Source of the DNA: Epithemia pelagica
Lineage: Eukaryota; Protista; Bacillariophyta
Direction: 5' to 3'
Assembly (NCBI GenBank): GCA_946965045.2
Contig: OX337238.1
Span: 1,984,001 to 2,048,000 of the forward strand
DNA: 64,000 nt
The notes beneath the pieces were generated by a model. That model ran no database searches. It had not been told where the DNA came from and saw only the letters and a program-made list of their open reading frames with translations. Of this stretch, positions 33,564-44,800 are shown piece by piece (the stretch's first letter is position 1; each line of letters begins with the position of its first letter). Made by a program: the position numbers and the translations under genes.

Positions 33564-34766
33564 TCACTCACTTTTGCCGCTTGTTCGGAAACGACGTCGT
33601 TCAGAGAGTTTGGTATTCAGCCAGAACTTTTTGATTTGGTCCACGGACCTTCTTGGCAAAAATGTGGATATAAGATTCCAGCGGTTTCCAAATCTTTGTC
33701 GTTTCTCCAAAATAATCAGCTTCTCCTGAATGGTGAGAGGCGTTTTGAGGAGATTGGGGTCAATCACGTTCTCAAAGTGATCTCGAATCTCGATACAAGT
33801 TCGACCTGGAAGTTGGGCTTGTATGACAGAGTACTTGATGTTCTTTTTGCGGTACTCACGAATAATTTCTTCTTCCTCTACCGTCCATGGCAATTGATGG
33901 TGCTGAACCTTTTTGTCGAGGGTGCCGAGGAATGTACTCTTGATACCCATGTCACTCGGAGTGACGTTATCTTTAGCATTGCCGACAATGGACGAATCAT
34001 GGACGAAAGTGGGTGTCTCCCATCGAGCAGACGCGTCATGATCACGCTTGAGGGTGCCTTCTTGAGACAGTTCTTCCCAGGTATCAGGGTGGGGTTCCCG
34101 GGATTCTGGTTGTGGAAGTCTCTTGCCCTTTAGAGTTGTGGCCATCCGGGACTTAAATAGAAGGCGCTTGCCCTTGATGGGTGTAACGCATCTAATATGT
34201 TTCGGATGAATGGGCTTCTTGGTTTTTCGGGAAGTCTCGGGCGTTGGAAAGGAAAATAAGCGATCGTCCTTGTATGTCTCATTCATGGTTTGTGATTCCC
34301 AAGCGTCGTCGAAATTCTGAGCACTCAAATCGGCGTGTGATTCCCACGATTCATCGAGATCAGCAGCATTCGAATCCTCTTCTGATTCCCAAGAGTCGTC
34401 GAAATCTTGACTAATCGAGTCATCTTCTTGAACAGATGAATCATTGTCGTTATTGGCTGCTGTGGGAAACGGTGACTTTTTGATTGGAAAGGACACAAAG
34501 TTTTTGGGCAGATGTCGGGGATTCGGGGGAAACCGCATGTCATTATCGGTGAAATCGAACATGTCCACCAATTCGTTGGTCTTGAGCTCAGCATCGGATT
34601 GCTCAGAGACTATTTGTTGTGCAGCCAGGAGAATGCTCTCGTCATCCCACGAGGAAACTTTGTGGGTCTTGAGGGGATTTCCTTCATTTTCAGCCGATGA
34701 TGATGAGCCCACAAAGCGAGGCTTGGTCGGTGTAATGGTGGGAAGTGGAACAGTGCGTGAAGTCAT
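33564..34766 (-). CDS. R2R3-Myb-type transcription factor (400 aa), copy 1
   Basis: Two C-terminal Myb repeats: PWTVEEEEII...LPGRTCIEIRDHF and PLTIQEKLII...FGNRWNLISTFLPRRSVDQIKKFW; acidic N-terminal region. Confidence 0.85.
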   Translation of the reverse strand: MTSRTVPLPTITPTKPRFVGSSSSAENEGNPLKTHKVSSWDDESILLAAQQIVSEQSDAELKTNELVDMFDFTDNDMRFPPNPRHLPKNFVSFPIKKSPFPTAANNDNDSSVQEDDSISQDFDDSWESEEDSNAADLDESWESHADLSAQNFDDAWESQTMNETYKDDRLFSFPTPETSRKTKKPIHPKHIRCVTPIKGKRLLFKSRMATTLKGKRLPQPESREPHPDTWEELSQEGTLKRDHDASARWETPTFVHDSSIVGNAKDNVTPSDMGIKSTFLGTLDKKVQHHQLPWTVEEEEIIREYRKKNIKYSVIQAQLPGRTCIEIRDHFENVIDPNLLKTPLTIQEKLIILEKRQRFGNRWNLISTFLPRRSVDQIKKFWLNTKLSERRRFRTSGKSE

Positions 34767-34868
34767 TGCGATTTAATTGATTGGCAGGAGTTTGGATGCA
34801 CACGATTGCCTGGTCAAAGTGATGTTTGATTTGGGTAGGAGCAAATTTTATGAGAACAAGATGAATGT

Positions 34869-35255
34869 TTGTGCCAAGATGGACAAGGCAAAAGAGATTT
34901 GCAAACCGCAACGCAACGAAGGTTTACGATTGACTCCGAGAGACTGGTTTTGCATCTTGTGCGGCGCCAAGTGTACGTGGAACTGTCGGTATATGTTCTA
35001 CGGGAATGCTTGTGTCGCGCGCTGCTCGATCCCCAGTATGAGTTCCGCGATATTCGGACGAGATCGGAGATTGGTTTTGCATGGATGAAACGGCGGATGG
35101 GTGGTTCGAGAAACGGTCCATCATCTCTCTTGGCGGCAGTCGTCCCCAAAAGCATGCATGGATCATTCCTTCCACTCCAAATCGCACTGGGAGCGGCCTT
35201 CGAATCGGCACAACGCGAAATCAGGATCACATGGAAGGAATGGATGGCCGCATAA
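34869..35255 (+). CDS. Short hypothetical ORF containing the empty target site of Copia-2
   Basis: 128-aa ORF with protein-like composition. The AAAAG near 35148-35152 is the site occupied by Copia-2 in copy 2. Confidence 0.25.
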   Translation: MCQDGQGKRDLQTATQRRFTIDSERLVLHLVRRQVYVELSVYVLRECLCRALLDPQYEFRDIRTRSEIGFAWMKRRMGGSRNGPSSLLAAVVPKSMHGSFLPLQIALGAAFESAQREIRITWKEWMAA

Positions 35256-35671
35256 GAGTTGTTCATGCACAGTCCATGAACATGAACAAGATCATATCCG
35301 TAGACTAGGTCCTTTTGCCACATGAGATTCCTGCCTTCAAAATGTGACCGAATGAATCGTGAATCGTGACTGTGTGGAATTCATTATTATTTAAGCCTCT
35401 ATAAATTAAATATCCGTACTCCGTACTCGTAAAACTAACCCTTCGAACTTCGAATACCTCGAAGTTCTTCTGCCCAAGTGGCACACAATGACACCCAAAG
35501 ACAACACACTGCCGCCGCTGGATAGGGAGACGAGGCATGAAGTCAGAACAACCATGACGTTACAATGTGGAATCAGGTCACGATTCCGCACAACTTGAGC
35601 CCCGGCATCGTGAGAAGGCAACTACAAGTCTCAGTCAGGGCCTCCTGTAGCTACCTTCACAGGTCTCAGTC

Positions 35672-37496
35672 TTACGAACGTCGCAATGCTTTGGTGACTC
35701 GCTCCGGATCGTCAAAGAATCTGACCGGGTTGTCGATGCATCCCAGTTCCTCATGATCAAAGAAATCTTTGACCGTTTCGACCGAATTACAATCCACAGC
35801 TACCGTCAATCCTTCATAACCCTCTTCGTCAACCTCTTCCGGCCGTCGGAATGACAAATGAACATCATCCGGGACAACAAAGGCGATCTTGACCGACACA
35901 CAATCTGATTGGAGCTTAAACGTCTGTAACAGAGGTCGGAGGAACTTGGTCCTAAACGTTCGAGGGTTGAAGGTGTGCTCAGCGGAAATAGTATACTGAA
36001 AGCACCAAACTGTTACGTTGTCATTGGGATCCTTGGTAAGAAGGGCTGCATCGATGTTTGCGGAATTGGGTACACTTGGAATCCAGTAAACCAGAAAGTC
36101 GGAGAGTTGATTAACTCCCTCTACACCGGTCCCCTTGCTCTGGAGAATGCCAGATATAGGGCTTGGACGTTTGTAGAAAAGCTGATGGACAAGCTCCTCA
36201 AAGTGGCATCCCGCTGCACTTGCCAGCCCTTTCTCTTTAGATTCCATATAGGCATTGTAGTAATTTTCCAGGCCGACCCGGTCCCGCAAGAGACGTGCGA
36301 CAAACTGTGAGTCCACAACCTGATAAGCAGATCCAAAGAAGGTTTCGCTGGATGCCACATCAGGGATTCGGAACATGGTTCGAACACGATCGGGGCTTTT
36401 TCTATCCCCACTTCCTTTTGTGTCAACAATACTTAGCATTGCCTGATTCTTGGATATCGCATTCACCGTCGCCGTCTTCTGGGCCTTCCATTTGCGTGGG
36501 TTCTGAGCGTACTTTAACGCCTCCCGGATCCGGCCACCAGTATGATAGAAAATATCCTCAAAAACTTCATCGGGAGAATAGCTAGAAGCAGATTTGTCGC
36601 CGTCATCGCCATCTGCATCGGCTTCTTCAAGACCTTCCATTTCATCATCACATTTCGTTGTTGCTGCTGCTGGGGCCGATGACGCCGCTCTTGCAACCCC
36701 ATCGACTGCTGGCGCCGCTGCTGCAACGTCGTCGATGCCAGATGGTTTATGGTTGTCTAGAATATCCGAAGTCAACTCGAGCGCTTTTTGCAGGTCCGTC
36801 TTTTCCCAGCCACTTAGAACGACGAGAGTTGAAAATGTCGCACTTTCTCCTTGAGGTACGTCATGTCCACCGCTTGTCGCTAGGTAATGGTGTGGTAGGT
36901 ACAGATCTTGGTCGCCTTCGTGTAGACCATCAATGAACAAGAGAACATTGTTAGACATAACGTGAACCTGGGCATCCGAACGGTTGATCGCCATATGCTT
37001 CTGTAGAACGTCCGCCAGCACATCGTCGACTCCCAAGTTTCCTTGCAATATTCGACTGTAGCGAATCGTAATCTCCTTATTCTCTTTGTCGCTGTTGACC
37101 TTCTTCCTCATAAAAAACACGCTCGTGAACTCTCCAACAGCCCTCGTCTTGCGAATGAAGCAGACAGGCTTCTCCTCGTACAGGGCACGGTACACGGTAC
37201 AGTGCCACCAAAAATATTAATACGCTTTTTCCAACACCAGGTGAACCGATAACAATCTGACTCATTTCTCGACCACTCTTGGTGAGTTCCTGGAACACTT
37301 CACACATTTCTTTTCGAATGTAGATCGAATTTTTGGGGAAAAAATGCTCCTTCATCTTAGTAGGAGGGGCGAGGGGTGAAAAAAAAGTTTCGGTCTCGAT
37401 ACACTCCCCCTCCACTAGGCCTGCTGCACCCAAGCCTATGTCTGCGCAATTAAGCGTTGCTGTTTCATACTGGATTGACGACAACGACGACGACAT
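35672..37496 (-). pseudogene. CR-effector-like P-loop NTPase + REase, frameshifted by a 7-bp duplication (copy 1)
   Basis: Walker A GSPGVGKS, Walker B LLFIDG, TSGG, GGRIR; REase HFEELVH...NIDAA...FQYT. ACGGTAC is duplicated at 37187-37200, and removing one copy fuses the two track ORFs (ALYRALYEE). Confidence 0.8.
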
Positions 37497-38109
37497 GCTG
37501 GTAAAATCGTGAGACCTCGTTCAAGATTGCCTCTTTGTCTTCTGTTGATGCCTTCGTTTGTTGTTGTTTGTGTTAGCGGAATGGTGAGTCCTGGTTGATC
37601 GTGATTCACAGGGGCGATTGGCCCACTAGTCTCTAGTAGTCTCTGAGTTTCCCTAAATGAATCAATCATAAAGACTACAAGCAAAATTGGACTGGTGAAA
37701 AGTGAGACGTCGCAACGAGTCCAGAAAATGGGGCTCAAGGGGTGTATGCGAACAAAAACAACAGGGAGGGACTATTGAGATGCTTGTCCTTAGCCCAATC
37801 GCAGCACTGTCTTTCTTGACGTACCTGGGTAGCATGGAAGCTGAAAAATCATGCCATTGCAAGAATTGCCATGGACACGGCCGCTGTACTGGAGGTTTGT
37901 TTGTTTTATGAGTGTCGTGCACCAACCACCAACGGCAACCGTCATGCACGCTGGGTCGCTCAAACTGATTTGAAATGTGACAAGGAAATGCCGGCGTGTC
38001 CTTTCTGATTTTTTATGGAAAATAGGATATGAATCGAGAAAAAAATCTCCATTGAGGGGACAGTTTGCGGACGACGTACATACGACTAATAGTTGGATTA
38101 AGGTGGCTG

Positions 38110-39445
38110 GGACACCCGCTATATTTGTAACCACGACCCCATTGGGCTTATTTCTGGTTGGCTGAGATGACTGTACCTCATTTTTCTACACTACCAAAAA
38201 AGACATAGGCATGTGTCAAAAATTACTTAAATCTAGCAATTATTGAAGTCAGAGAAGCCATGCGCGGAGATTCGCCAAATGTATCGGATGCTGTATCGAT
38301 GCACATACAACTGTATCCAGTCGTGTATCGGGGTTGTATCTAGTTGTATCGGGGGGCTTAGGTACTGTATCGATACAACGGATTTGTATCGGTTTTTGTA
38401 TCGGGGGACTCGAGTCCTCTGTATCGGGTCTTCCGAACTTGTTGCGATTTGTATCGGGCTAATGTATCGGGTTGACGGCCACCACCGAGCTCCCCGGTGC
38501 GAAATTTCACTGCGCTCCTACATACGAGCTCCACCGCACTGAAATTGCACAAGCAGTCTAGCCCGTGCTTTTTTGGTCCCCACTGTTTTTTCTATAGTGA
38601 TTCTAGTTTCGTAGGAAGACCACTACGGTCATTTTGCACAGCATAACACCACCATGGACGATAAAGACCGCTGTGCACCTCCAACGAAAGGTCCTAGTAC
38701 TCCTCTGAACACCCAGGAGGCTTGATCTTCATGTGTACCGTGAAGGGTGAAAAGGGCGGCGTTAAGATATCTGTTTTCATGGACCTACGGCAAGATCTAG
38801 AAGACCTTCCATTTTTGGGTTGGAAGGAAACAACGAGAGGATCAAGATTGGAGTCCGATAATGGTGGAATGAACGAAGATTGCAGGGATGGACGACAAGT
38901 GGTGACAACGACAACAACAATCAACTACTCGCTGCCGCCGAACGAAACACTCGGCGACAAGGACAACACTGGGACAACAACAACCCCAATGCAACAATCA
39001 ACGATCGAACATGCGTTTTGCGTTTTGCGATGACGGTTTGTGCAGACTCATTTTTGTTGTAGTATCGGGGGTATTTTGTATCGGGGGTGTGTATCGGGTT
39101 TTCGTCGATTTGTATCGGCTGTATCGACCCCCTTGTATCGTTTGTATCGGGGTTGTATCGTTTGTATCGGGTTGTATCGTTTGTATCGGAATTTGTATCG
39201 TTTGTATCGGATGTTGTTTCGAACAGTTGTATCGTTTGTATCGGGTTGTATCGACCCTCGCCAAATGTGCCGATTCATGTATTTTCCTCTCTATGTATTC
39301 TAATTTACAGAAATATCAATATCGATAAGTATTTTGTTCTATTATAGTGTACCAAAAAGAAAATGAACTTGTCCGTCCTTCGCTCCTTTCGGTATATTCT
39401 GTTCAAGGTCCATTACAGCTATGGTTACAAATATAACGGGTGTCC
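38110..39445. mobile_element. Non-autonomous PIF/Harbinger-type TIR element (1336 bp), only in copy 1
   Basis: 24-bp TIRs ggacacccgctatatttgtaacca / tggttacaaatataacgggtgtcc (1 mismatch); 3-bp TSD CTG; clean empty site aaggtgg-ctg-gtagcg at about 63291-63306. Confidence 0.9.
38279..39252 (+). repeat. Two same-orientation clusters of TGTATCG motifs (about 25 exact copies)
   Basis: Clusters at about 38279-38470 and 39061-39252, irregular spacing, often followed by G-runs. Confidence 0.9.
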
Positions 39446-39611
39446 CTGGTAGCGCAGTGGTTCGATTCCACAACACCTTAATTCTAAACAGAGGTAGTCG
39501 CTGTGGATCTTCAGAATTGCAGAAAATCTTGAGCGGTGACATTTGTATTTTGGGGTTAGCATGTGTGAGCTAGGGGAAAAGCTTTCTTAGAATGGTTTCA
39601 ATCCTTCCCCT

Positions 39612-40918
39612 CTACGTATAGTATGAAGGAACCACATTTTTAGCAAGAGACCATTCCGGAAGAGATGGGCGGACTCCGTCACTCAAAGGTGACTCCGCAA
39701 GTGCGTTAGCAAGTCGATGTAACAGAGCCTCGTTCTCTATTGCCTTGTCCACAGCATCCTGGCCTTCTCCCGCTCCATCGGTCCATGCTAGAGAAGCTGT
39801 GCCCGGGGTAGAAGCCCCAGGAAGATGATGTTCTGATTGAAACTGTTCTTCCAATACTGGAGCAAGTTTAGCGCGCTTGCTACCTCGCAGTTTTGCCTCC
39901 CTGGTTTTCAAAGACTTCAGGAGAGATTCAAATTCATTCAAACACTCCCGCCCATCATAGTACTGGGTTATCAACATGCTGTTGAGGGCCTCAAATTGTA
40001 CCAAGTACCATTTCTTGTTCCCATCCGTACCCAGCAGAATTGTTGATTGCCCCCATACACTTTCCCTCGAGAAAGCAGCAAGCTGGAGTAACATTTGGGC
40101 CTTATTCATCGGCGTCCTGTCGGTCTTCATCTCGACCAGTGCCATACCGTATGTGTAGAACGATTCCTGAGACCGCTCACAAAGTGCGAGCATTGATTCA
40201 TCCGTAACACATCCGTCAGACTTGCCGTTTGCCACCTTTCGATCGGCCTTGATAGGTGCTAATTTCTTTCCTTTCACGTCTCTTATGCCTAGCTTCTTGC
40301 CGTCCACAGCAAGCGCTTGATCCAACTTACCAAAGAGCCATTTCAGTGCCAATGGGGTCCCATCATTTTCCGAAAGTTTTCCTGTTCCTCCCGTCAAAAG
40401 TGCTTGCTCCCATTCAAAATTTCCTACAACAGATCCGACTCCGACATTCATGTTGGCGACGGCGTTACGCCAGGAGATCGACAGCCCGGTCAACAGATCG
40501 GTTGCAAATTCAGTGTTCGCCTTCGACATGTTTCTGTCATCCGTTTTTGACTCGATCATCATTTTCTCTATGTTTTCAATTTTCCGTTTCATATCCTCCG
40601 AATCATTCGCCTGTTGTTTTTGTTGTTCATTCATTTCCTACACCCAGAGTGAGAACAAAGGTGAAACTGTAAGATCACGAACACAACAGATAAAACACCA
40701 CAAGCACAAATTCAAACTCACCTGCTTTTGGGACTCGATCATCATTCCTTCCATGCGTTCAATTCTCCGTTTCATATCCTCCGAATGATTCGCCTGTTGT
40801 TTTTGTTGTTCATTCATTTCCTACACCCAGAGTGAGAACAAAGGTGAAACTGTAAGATCACGAACACAACAGATAAAACACCACAAGCACAAATTCAAAC
40901 TCACCTGCTTTAATGCAT
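39612..40918 (-). CDS. CR-effector-like REase gene with a duplicated coiled-coil exon, 5'-truncated at the duplication junction
   Basis: Main exon 40637-39612 (FEW...ENDGTP.ALKWL, GKSDG, VEMKT, QMLLQLAA); 99-bp exon 40820-40722; two 84-bp GT-AG introns; a 14-nt exon remnant at 40918-40905. Confidence 0.75.
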
Positions 40919-41017
40919 CGTGATCAAGCACATGAGAGCTCGGACAGAACTCGATTCAGAAGGCAAAATGACTACAGAATCTCGAAATCAAATACAGATA
41001 CACAAATTCAAACTCAC

Positions 41018-41236
41018 CTCGTTTTTATTTTGCAATGGACCTTGTTCTCGAAGATGTCGAATATATGCTTGGAGTCTTTTTTGTTCCAACCTACCTTGGA
41101 CATCCAAGGTCTCACAAGCGAGGTTCATGTCTTCAGGCTTGTCAGGGTTAAACTCTCGTAGAGGTACCCCCCTGCCTTCATCGCACGCTGCAGCAACTGC
41201 TTCCCATTTTGTCTCCTCTTCAGTTGGTGTTTGCAT
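41018..41236 (-). CDS. Duplicated CR header exon (73 aa) placed upstream of the REase gene
   Basis: Copy of 21685-21903 with one amino-acid change, followed by donor GTGAGTTTGAATTTGTG at 41017. Confidence 0.7.
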
Positions 41237-41813
41237 CTCTGCAGTGGATTTAGTGTCAGGAAGAAAAAAAAAGGTACAATCTGCGATGAAGGTTGAAAAA
41301 GACTTCTGGAGGAGGCTACGGCTACGGCGGTGGTGTTATGCAGTGTGGGGAATCACCTCCTACTATAACTATAGCGGGGATGGCTAAGGGGGTATGTTGT
41401 CGGGCGCGCGCAGCATGGGCGGAGCATGATATGGGGGGAGCAATGCATGCTCCACGATGCATGCTCCGCGCGCGTCTATATTATCGAGTGGGCGGATGTA
41501 GCGTGCACGACCGCGCTCAAAATCCCCGACCATCACGGAAACGCGTATGGGTCGCCTTAAGTAGAATAGCAACTTCGGGAAGCAAAGGACACAATAATCA
41601 TTCCCTTTATCGACTACTTATCATTAAGAGTATCCATTGTATATTTCACCTGTTGTTCTGTTGGCCCTACGAGCTCATGTGGGAAAGACACGTCAATTTC
41701 CATGCTCTACAACCTCCACCATGAGGATGGAAAGACTCCTTAAGGGCAAGGCAGCAACATTTGGCCGACTATATGTACTTGTCTACAAAACTAGTGCCTA
41801 GTGTCTATTCTAC

Positions 41814-44800
41814 CCCTGTCCTCATATGAGGACAAATCCTCATATGAGGCCACTTTTCAACGTAGCATGTCAAATCATTCATGTACTCCTAAGAGTGGTT
41901 TTATTGCAGATTCGTAATCTCCATACTTTAAAACATATCTCATAATATTCTCATGCTTTAATAATGATGAGTAGTGAAGATACAGTGTGAAAAGAAAAGA
42001 CTACCCGCGTTGTGTGCGCATTAGAAAAAAAATTTCCATGTCACAATGTCGCCTCCAGATCCACGCCGTACACCCAATTCCATTCTTTTGGCCAAGGCCA
42101 TGCATGTGACATCTCTTGCAGAGTGTTCCAGAAGGTATGGAAGCAATGCAAAGACGAAAAGGCTGTTTGGGAAGGTGGTTGAAGCTTCCATCCAACGGGG
42201 CCCCAATGGAAGGTCCACAACAATGGTGACTGTGAACTTCTATATGGGAAGTTTGGAGGTGATCAAGCAGAAGACACTCAACCTGAGGAGTGTCATTACT
42301 CCCAGTGATGAAGAGCTGCTGGCCTATGCCCGTTTCAGGCATCAGCATGAGAGAAATCAACCCCCACAAGCTTCGACAACTACAGAGGGAAATTCCGCGG
42401 CCACAACGGCAACCAACACCAATACGGGCCAAGCTGCGGCATCTGAGCCTCCTGCACCACAGCAGGCCATCCAGGGGACACAGACAGCAACAGGGAACCA
42501 GGAGAGTGCAGTGGGAGAGTCAAACAATCCACCAGATTGTGAGTGTCAAGTCCATGATGTGAAATGGCATAAGGGCACTTCGTCATCTCCATTGAATTGC
42601 AATTCGATGGGACGTGTTCCTCCAAGGGATTGGACTTTCAGGACACCTAGTGGAGAGAGAATTACTCCAGGAAGTGATAGACAGGGCTTGCTTTCCAGAT
42701 TGGACTACTTCCTGATGACATTCCCTCCGCGGCAGTTTGACTTAATGCACAGGCTCACAAATGGACAGCTTGCAAAAATTGAGAGACCTTCAATGACTAA
42801 AGGAGAATTACTCAAGTTCTTTGGCGTTACAATATTGATAACCCGCCATGAATTCACCTCAAGGGCAAACTTATGGTCAAGTACAGCAACAAGTCAGTAC
42901 GGAGTGGCACCTGCCTTCGGTAAGACTGGTATGTCAAGAAAGCGTTTTGATGACATCTTTAGATGTCTCCGTAGTACAATTCTTTCAAACTCATGGGGGA
43001 TAATGCTCGGTAGAGCAGACAATCAGGTAGGTCACCAACCGATACAAGCTTCTCACGGTCAGAGAAGCAAGCAATTCGTAGTCTATCAAAAGGATAGTCG
43101 GGACACAAAAGAAGATGTGATAAATGGTGATATTGTTAGATTGTGAGCTTTAGGACTACGGTGTGTGTTTTGATGTGCAGGTCTGGCCAGGGTGCATGAC
43201 TGATATATTCATGGCGCTGACAGGACTGGTCTGGTTGGAGTAGACATGGATATTGTGTATTGGAAGTATATGCACTTGTATATCATATACCAATGCCAAC
43301 AGCTCTTGCTTTGTTGTGATATAGGTAGTTTTCTTGGCGCGGTGCTGATTGCATTTTTGGAATTGTGGGAATGGAAATATGATCTCTCGTGATCTCGAAT
43401 CGTGCTTCGATTACTTAGGCCGTTGAGTTAAGTCGTGGAGATGCGCACTCGGATAGTAGTTGCGCGCGCTTGAAAATATTGGGCGCGCACGTGTAGGGCC
43501 ATAGTTAATTTCCGAGCGGTTGTTGATAACGCGCGCATTGCGAGCATGCCATGGCCGAAATTAAAGGTCCGCGAGCATGTCGTCATTCTGTTCTCACTTT
43601 TCATGAAATGCGAAGGAATATAGGTCGATATAGCACCAGCTAGGGAACATAGGACGGATATGGGCGGCATAGATGGTGCTTCGAAGCCTCGGGACTCGGC
43701 TAACCGATGAGATGCCGGATCTAACCAATGGATAACGGTGAGAATCCTACTACTCCCCACAACTTGTTGGTTCAGCCTTGTCATCGTTGGATTTGTTGAG
43801 TTCTCGTACTTCTTCACTCCAGAATAACAATGGCTTGAGTAGGGGTCAGATGGTTGCAAATTCCCAATGCTTGCTAAGGATGTCAGCAGGGTTGGTCTCC
43901 CCATCCTTCCAATAGGATACAGCATACTTTGCTGCGATGGCTTCTTGTACCCGGTAATACGACAGAAGCTTCCATTATGTGTTGTATGCTGGAATGTATC
44001 AACGATAACGTCTTCAGATTGCCGATCAAAGAATGGACAGAACTTCTCCCAGTCATATGCTTCCTGGTAACGACAGTGGACAGAGGCATGAAGGGTAATA
44101 GGATCATTACCATTTGCATCAGCATATACAGAGAAGAAGGATGTATTGTCAGGTCCATGGTCATACGGCAAATCCAAAAGAAGATTGAGATTGCAGACAA
44201 CACGATCTTTGTACTCCCCATAATTGTCATATGGATAGTTCACCATGCTACCATCAGTGTTGACTTGTTGCCAAGAAGTAGAAGCAGGGTCATGCGATGG
44301 GTCAGAATGTGAATGATCCAAAACACCAGGATCCCATGTATCAGGTGATGTGAAGATGATCTGAGGTAACGTCTCCATGTCATCATCACTGGGGATACCT
44401 AAGGAGTGAATGTATGCTAGTCTCTCTTTGATGTGCAGAGACAAAGCACGGCCATCAAGTGTTGTGATGCATTGTTTTCCATCAACTTTAACGGATCGTT
44501 CATCAACAGCATGTCCAAAGTGCTCGAATTGTCCAGGAGCATGGATCGATTGTCCTTTTCCGTAGAATGCATATTCATTGAAGATGCCAATAATGGGTCC
44601 ATCATTGGTTTCAAACTTAGCAGCACATGTGAAAATAGGAATCCCAGCAAGCTGATGACTGTCGATACCCATAATGGATATATGACAACCAGTCTTAGAA
44701 AGGATGCGCATGTCAGAACCAGCAAGTCCTCCATTGGCACCACGGTCAACCAATTGGTTTCCAGGGAGAGTAGATTTCCTGGAAGACAGATAGCGCAGTA

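Larger units (their letters stand above)
21586..40918. repeat. Tandem segmental duplication, copy 1 (19,333 bp)
   Basis: Sequence from cgtgatcaagcac at 21586 recurs at 40919. ORFs recur at offsets 19333, 18953, 18954, 18972 and 25191, each step explained by one visible indel. Confidence 0.93.

Noticed and set aside
33369-34133. 254-aa plus-strand ORF (also 52341-53105)
   Set aside because: Antisense shadow of the Myb gene; an inter-copy SNP changes its protein while leaving Myb unchanged.
38279-39252. Repeat array considered as CRISPR or telomeric
   Set aside because: 7-nt motif with irregular short spacing, no cas genes, enclosed in a TIR element.
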